Source: Methanothermobacter thermautotrophicus str. Delta H (lineage in GTDB: Archaea; Methanobacteriota; Methanobacteria; Methanobacteriales; Methanothermobacteraceae). Taken from it: a stretch of DNA of 32,000 nucleotides. This document shows positions 25,385 through 32,000 of the stretch, one piece after another; within the stretch, counting starts at the first letter, position 1, and each line of letters begins with the position of its first letter. The notes beneath the pieces were generated by a model that saw only the letters and a program-made list of their open reading frames with translations, had not been told where the DNA came from and did not search any database. The translations under genes were made by a program, and so were the position numbers. The DNA lies in assembly GCF_000008645.1 (NCBI RefSeq), contig NC_000916.1, forward strand, positions 1,260,001 to 1,292,000, in the 5' to 3' direction.

Positions 25385-26895
25385 GTGGAGAAACTCTCTG
25401 AAACCGAGAAGATGATAATGTCCTACCTGGAATCAAATCCTCCAGAGGAGTGCATGCTCGACAAGATAACCCGTGGAATAAACAGGAGCAGGGCAACGGT
25501 TCTCAAGTACCTTCACATACTGGAGGCCAGGGGTCTTGTAACATACAGGACGGTTGGCAGAAGCAAACTATGGATGCCTGCGGGAGACCTTGAGGGAACT
25601 GTGGAATACACTGGAGACACATCCAGAGATTCTGAGCTTATAAAAAACGCATCAAAAATTCACAGAAACCTCCTGGAACTCCTGGAACTTGAAAGAAAAA
25701 TAGATGACCCTGATAAACTCGTCTTCACCATAAACACCCTCATGGACATAGTAGTATCCAACGGCCTTTTCAGAAGAATGTTCCCCGGTGCACAGTGCCT
25801 TGGGGACATCATGGACCGGGAGAGCATGGTCCTCATTGAGAACAGAATGAAATCCCGGGGCACGATACAGGTCGATCTGAGGGGAAGGGATGGGATAAGG
25901 AGGAACTACAGCCTTTCAGTCACACCTGTAAACAACTTCTGGGTCATAATAGGAAGGGACCTTGCAAGTTCCTCATTTTCCAAGAATGAACTTGAGGTCC
26001 TCCTCACAATCACAAGGTTGAGATCATCCTCTGGCAGCCTTGAAGAGCTTATGAACTCAATAAGGGATGAATTATCCACCATAATGGACCTTAAACAGCT
26101 TTCGGTGGTCCTAAGCGATGCCTCAGGGTTCAGCAGGGCCTACGAATACCCTGAGTCAGAGGATCTCACTGAATTTGAATACTTCATCTACAGGAGCATT
26201 GAAACCCTCGAGACGGTATCATGGAGGCATGACTCGGGTCTCATGCTTTCAGTACCCCTCATCACAGAGGAAAGGGCGAGGGGAGCCCTTATAATCAGAA
26301 GCCCCGAGGACTCCATAGCCTCACAGAGCCTTGAAATCATAGAGATGGTGGCCGACGAGGTCTCAGAGTATCTAGAAATGGAGAAACTGAGACAGGAGAA
26401 GGATGAGTTCATAAGAACACTTCTGGCCATGAACAGGGTTTCCGAAATCATAAACAGTGATGAGGAAGAGGAAAAAATGCTTGAAAAATCAATCGAGGCC
26501 GTCATAGAAACCCTGGAATTTGAAATGGGATGCATATACCTCATGGAGGAGAAAAAGGAACTCCAGCTCAGGGTTCAGAGGAACTGCCAGAAACCCTCAG
26601 CAGAATGTGCATGGCCGGGGTCTTCACAGACCTCTTTGAGAGGTCCATTGAGAAGGAGGGGGTTATATACATAACCTCTGAGTCGCCTGAATACCGCATG
26701 ATACATGAGTCCATAAGGAGAAACAATATAAGAACAATTCTAATGATTCCGATTAAGTTTTCAGGGGAGATAACAGGAATATTAAACCTGGCAAGTTACA
26801 GTGTTAAACCCTACAACAGGATAAGCCTTGAGAACATTTCATCAATAGGGCTTCAGCTTGGAAGCGCCCTCCAGAGGAAAAGTTATAACTTATAA
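25385..26895 (+). pseudogene. Winged-HTH + GAF-domain transcription regulator interrupted by a frameshift near 26576-26586
   Basis: The N-terminus EKMIMSYLESNPPEECMLDKITRGINRSRATVLKYLHILEARGLVTY is MarR/ArsR-like wHTH. GAF-like sequence ..ETLEFEMGCIYLMEEKKELQLRVQR continues in the other frame as ELPETLSRMCMAGVFTDLFERSIEKEGVIYITSE..MIPIKFSGEITGILNLAS (ORF 26530..26895). The tail of ORF 25376..26674 after QRN looks out of frame. GTG 25385, after GGGGTGA, is the preferred start. Confidence 0.65.
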
Positions 26896-26907
26896 GTTAT
26901 AACTTTT
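26878..26907. terminator. Perfect 30-bp palindrome at the convergent gene junction (possible bidirectional terminator)
   Basis: aaaagttataacttataagttataactttt equals its own reverse complement. Both strands end in TTTT. It spans the regulator stop (26893-26895) and touches the AcnX stop (26906-26908). Confidence 0.4.
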
Positions 26908-28105
26908 AAGGTCTGATGAGGTTCATCCAGTCATCATAGACGGCATCAAGGCCACACATACCAGGGACATAGTTGGCGGCCTTGGCAGAGTCAACACCAA
27001 GGACCTCATAGCCAAGATCCTCCACAGGTGCAACCACCATGCAGGTGTCAGATACAACCATCCCACCTGCTGCCTCTATAACGTCTGTGTAGCCCATCCT
27101 GCTGGCAGCACTTCCTATGGCAGCAGAGGTGCACACCCAGAGGTCACAGGCAGGCTTATTTTTCCTTAAAAATGAGGCTATCCTCCGGATCTCATCCAGG
27201 GAACAGTGCGGGCACCCCAGGCATATGAGGTCAGGATCATCATCAGTGGTGGACAGCTCCTCCCTTGCCTCCAGTATATCCCCGGCATCAACCGTAATGC
27301 TATCCCCTGCTTCATCAGGAGAGGCTTCCATGTACTCGGGTGTCACCCCATCAACATGGTAGAGTGCAACCGCACCGGACGACGCCATGGCAGCCCCAAG
27401 GGCTTTGAGGTCATCAGCCGATGGATGGCCAGTGAAAGTGAAATATGGGACACCCTCACCGGCAATTTTTCCTGTAATGTAACCCAGGGCCCCGTAATCC
27501 GAGCCCGAGAGTTCACATTCAACATCAACCCTCAGGGTGGCCCTCCGGTTCTCCTGGAGATGGTAACCATACTCCGGGGTCTTACCGCATATGGCGGCTG
27601 CAAGGGCCCCTGGACCACCCTCACGGTTGGTCCTGGCTCCCAGAACAGAGTTGGCATAGGAAACTGCAGAGGACTCTGACCAGGCAACATGGGAGCCCCT
27701 CAGGGGGACGTTCCCTATGAGGTAGGGGGTGCAGGTGCAGGTGTTCATGACATCCATGGCAGAGTATGCCTCCACTATCCTTATCTGTCTCCTGGCGAAT
27801 TCCTCTGAGAATCCCATTTCCCTCCATCTCTGGAGGTCCATCCCCGCAGGGTTAAGGGTACTTGCAACCTTCACTCCGGCACCCCTGGCACGGAGGTCCT
27901 CCAGGTATTCAAGACCGGCGTCCCCTATTGTCTTGTAGGATACCCCTGAAACCTGGGCAGAGGATATGTCAACCATCCTCTCAGCACCATAGATATCACC
28001 CAGGGCAACAAGTATCTCCATACTCTGCTGGACTGTCTCACCGAATTCACCATCATACATCCTCTCTTCTGTCCTATCAAGGTACACTTTTCCAACCCCA
28101 CACAT
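26906..28105 (-). CDS. Aconitase X catalytic (DUF521) large subunit; probable phosphomevalonate dehydratase large subunit
   Basis: [70 protein letters not shown] is the conserved AcnX N-terminus. The start may be GTG 28087 (M-YLDRTEE). Confidence 0.8.
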   Translation of the reverse strand: MCGVGKVYLDRTEERMYDGEFGETVQQSMEILVALGDIYGAERMVDISSAQVSGVSYKTIGDAGLEYLEDLRARGAGVKVASTLNPAGMDLQRWREMGFSEEFARRQIRIVEAYSAMDVMNTCTCTPYLIGNVPLRGSHVAWSESSAVSYANSVLGARTNREGGPGALAAAICGKTPEYGYHLQENRRATLRVDVECELSGSDYGALGYITGKIAGEGVPYFTFTGHPSADDLKALGAAMASSGAVALYHVDGVTPEYMEASPDEAGDSITVDAGDILEAREELSTTDDDPDLICLGCPHCSLDEIRRIASFLRKNKPACDLWVCTSAAIGSAASRMGYTDVIEAAGGMVVSDTCMVVAPVEDLGYEVLGVDSAKAANYVPGMCGLDAVYDDWMNLIRP

Positions 28106-28114
28106 GGTGTCTCT

Positions 28115-29512
28115 TCAGGGACCGGTCTGGGTCCCCAGTATCTCATCAACAAGCTGCAGAAAACTCTCCATATCCCTGTAGGGCACCATCGCCCCGGCCG
28201 CTATATCATGTCCTCCCCCGGTACCACCAAAACTTGCGGCGGCATCCCTGAGGGCAACCCCGAGGTTAACACCCCTTTCAACAGCTGGCCTGGTTGTCCT
28301 TGCAGATACCTTAACGTGCTGATCCATCCGTGAAAGTCCGAGGAGGGGGATGTCAGGGTCAAGAATTTTGAGGGAGAGTGATATGCTTGCTATGGTCCCC
28401 ATGATCCCCTTGAAGGCCTTATCCTCACTGTAGATGTACTGCAGGTTCTCCAGGGTGGTGGAGCCCTCCCTCCTTATCCATGCAAGGCCCTTCACAAGCT
28501 CCTCACGGTAGTTCTTCTGGAGCTCGAGGGCCACATCAAGGGCACCTTCCCTTTCACCAAGGCACAGTCCGATTCCTATGCCATATTTACGGTTCTTTCC
28601 ACAGGCATCAAGCACCCCTGCAATGTCAGAGAGGTCACCTATATTCCGGAATTCCCTGCTCGTGAATACCTCTCCGAATATCTCAGGGTTTATCCTTGTA
28701 AGTTCATCCCTCAGAACATCCCTCTCCTCAGGGGACAGGTCAGGATATTTAACGCCATAGGATACGCCTATATTCTCAAGGAAGCCCATAGAAGCCTCCA
28801 TATCCCCGGTGAGGCCAGGCAGGGCCGGGTTGAAGGTGTATGCAATGGAACGGTAAAGGGGCTCGGTGTACCTTGATGCCAGCTTGAGGTCACTGTGGAC
28901 CTGAAGGACACCCTCTTCAACAGCCTCCTCCATGATGAACCTGTTTGCACCGGTGAATCCGTCAGTGTACTGCATGTCCCCCAGGGCACCCACAAGGGCA
29001 AGGGGGGCGGTCTTTCTGTTAAGGAGTCTCGTGGCCAGGTAGGCCGTTCCAGATGCACTGAGGTCCCTGCTACCATCAAGACCATGCAGATGAGGGTTTA
29101 TGTGAACAACATGGGGTCCTGCCTCGGATTCAGAGGGCTGATGATGATCAGCGACGATGACATCACCCTTCAGGCGGGATATCTCCTCAAGGTAGGCGCT
29201 TCCCATATCACAGAAAAAGAATAGGGAGTATTTCTCTCCCGACAATTTCTTAATGAACTCCTTCTTCAGCCTCGAGAGGATGGAGATGTGGAACTGACCA
29301 TTCATGGATGAAATGGCCCTTGCAACAACTCCTGCGGCTGATAGACCATCTGCGTCGTTGTGCGAGATGATCCTTATTATGTTTCCCCTTTCAAGGTGCT
29401 CCTCAAGGACCTTTGAGGCCTCTGCACCCCTCTTGAGAATTGAGTCGGGGAGTTTACTTGACGAGGAGGGCTGCTTTCTGTGGGTCATATCTCCATCCTT
29501 CAGGAAGGACAC
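28115..29512 (-). CDS. DHH/DHHA1 phosphoesterase, archaeal RecJ / GAN (Cdc45-like) nuclease
   Basis: DHH motifs [17 protein letters not shown] and VADHH, plus DHHA1 [13 protein letters not shown]. The track start GTG 29512 and ATG 29488 (MTHRKQ) both overlap the 3' end of the S15 gene. Confidence 0.85.
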
Positions 29513-29855
29513 CTTCTCTCACATAGTACCTGACAAGGCGCCTTATCTTTGATTCAACGATCTGAAGGCCCCTCCTTGTGTGGAGGTCCTTTGGGTGTTC
29601 CTTAAGATGATCCCTTATGTTAACAGCCTTCCTTATGAGATTCATGAGGTCCTCAGGGTATTCAGGTTTCATTTCATGCTTCTCAAGTATCTGTGTTATT
29701 TTAAGCCCTGTAACGGCCTTTACGCTGGGTATGCCGTGCTGGTCCCTCAGTATTATACCTATTTTGCTGGTGGAGTTACCCTCCCTGTATAGTTTGACTA
29801 TAAGATCCTCTATTTCTTCATTTGAGTATTCAACCCAATCAGGTTTTAGAGACAT
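29454..29855 (-). CDS. rps15: 30S ribosomal protein uS15 (archaeal S15P/S13e type)
   Basis: [77 protein letters not shown] 29855 overlaps the upstream stop (TGATG) and follows GAGGTGAT. The track's TTG 29858 is one codon longer. Confidence 0.95.
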
Positions 29856-30418
29856 CAAATCACCTCATAATTTTCAATGTACCATTCTGCAAATTTTTTA
29901 AGGGCCCTGCTTCGATGCGAAAACCTGTTCTTCTCTGAGGTACTGAGTTCTCCGAAGCTTTTATCCATCCCTTCAGGATAGAATAACGGGTCGAAGGCGA
30001 AACCCATTGTTCCGCGCTCCTCAGTACCTATACGTCCCTTCACCACGCCTAAAAAAACCTCGGGTTCGGAGTTGGGGGTGCAGAACCCAACAGCCGACCT
30101 GAACTCGGCGTAGCGATCTTCAACATTTTCCATGAGCTTTAATATGCCACGGTTTCCTATGGTATCCTGTACATAGGCAGAATAGGGTCCTGGAAACCAT
30201 TTAAGAGCCCTTATAAACAGTCCTGCGTCCTCAACGATCACAGGACCATCCATGATCCTGGCAGCATGTTCTGCACCGTAACGGGCCACCTCCTCAAGTG
30301 TTCCCTGAAGTTCCGGGTAGCCCAGATCAGCATGCATCAGTTCTATTCCAGTACCATGGAATATCTTCTCTGCCTCAGATAACTTGTGTTTATTACCGGT
30401 TATAAATGTTACCTTCAT
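29855..30418 (-). CDS. Non-canonical purine NTP pyrophosphatase (ITPase, Ham1/RdgB family)
   Basis: [17 protein letters not shown].., [15 protein letters not shown] and RFSHRSRAL motifs. GGAGGT RBS. Confidence 0.9.
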
Positions 30419-30480
30419 GATGAACCTCCTCAGTCAGTATATTCAGGGGGTTTAGTATCGTGTGGATATTAATTCTGAGC

Positions 30481-32000
<1,520 letters not shown>

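Noticed and set aside
25269-25496. N-terminal extension of the DUF169 ORF (24600..25496)
   Set aside because: It crosses the AT-rich divergent promoter and overlaps the regulator's start. ATG 25268 with an AGGTGG RBS gives a typical ~222-aa DUF169 protein.
26560-26600. Programmed -1 ribosomal frameshifting in the wHTH-GAF gene
   Set aside because: No X_XXY_YYZ slippery heptamer is evident at the junction, and no obvious downstream stem-loop or pseudoknot. A one-base change in a G-run is a simpler explanation.
2711-28251. Many long antisense or alternative-frame ORFs: 2711..3262-, 3160..3507-, 4885..5298+, 5326..5691+, 9254..9778+, 10756..11181+, 12558..13037-, 22128..22466+, 22890..23234+, 27206..27679+, 27862..28251+
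   Set aside because: Each is fully nested opposite or out of frame with a gene that has strong family motifs. Their compositions are skewed (S, P, R, T, G runs) and none has a convincing RBS. I treat them as shadow ORFs of a roughly 50% GC coding sequence.

Overview
This window reads as a core chromosomal segment of a thermophilic methanogen. Gene order and protein sequences look like Methanothermobacter thermautotrophicus or a close relative; that is recognition from memory, not a search. It is centred on the chromosomal replication origin.

Main feature: the 805-bp non-coding gap at 17375-18179, immediately upstream of an Orc1/Cdc6 gene, holds twelve ORB-like repeats. They form two inverted six-copy arms with about 50-bp phasing and flanking AT-rich tracts.

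Gene content: about 31 tightly packed genes surround the origin.
- Replication and repair: PolD small subunit, Orc1/Cdc6, Hef, a RecJ/GAN-like DHH nuclease.
- Tetrapyrrole genes: cfbA/cbiX, cbiH, cbiG, cbiB.
- Nucleotide, cofactor and isoprenoid genes: a tandem-fused purE, a UbiD-family decarboxylase, thiL, pyrB, an aconitase-X large subunit, a DUF35 protein.
- Translation and tRNA genes: S15, TrmI, a Kae1-Bud32 fusion, an ITPase.

Not found: transposase, integrase, CRISPR array, rRNA or tRNA.

Best candidates for poorly described biology:
1. A DUF169 / TusA-TusA-DsrE fusion / small membrane protein operon, divergent from a wHTH-GAF regulator that is split by a frameshift.
2. A pair of sequon-rich, Cys-rich, membrane-anchored exported proteins.
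3. The segregation of two ORB core variants between the two origin arms.

Several ORF-track starts appear too long where GTG/TTG codons lie inside Shine-Dalgarno motifs or run antisense into neighbouring genes. I give the preferred starts.
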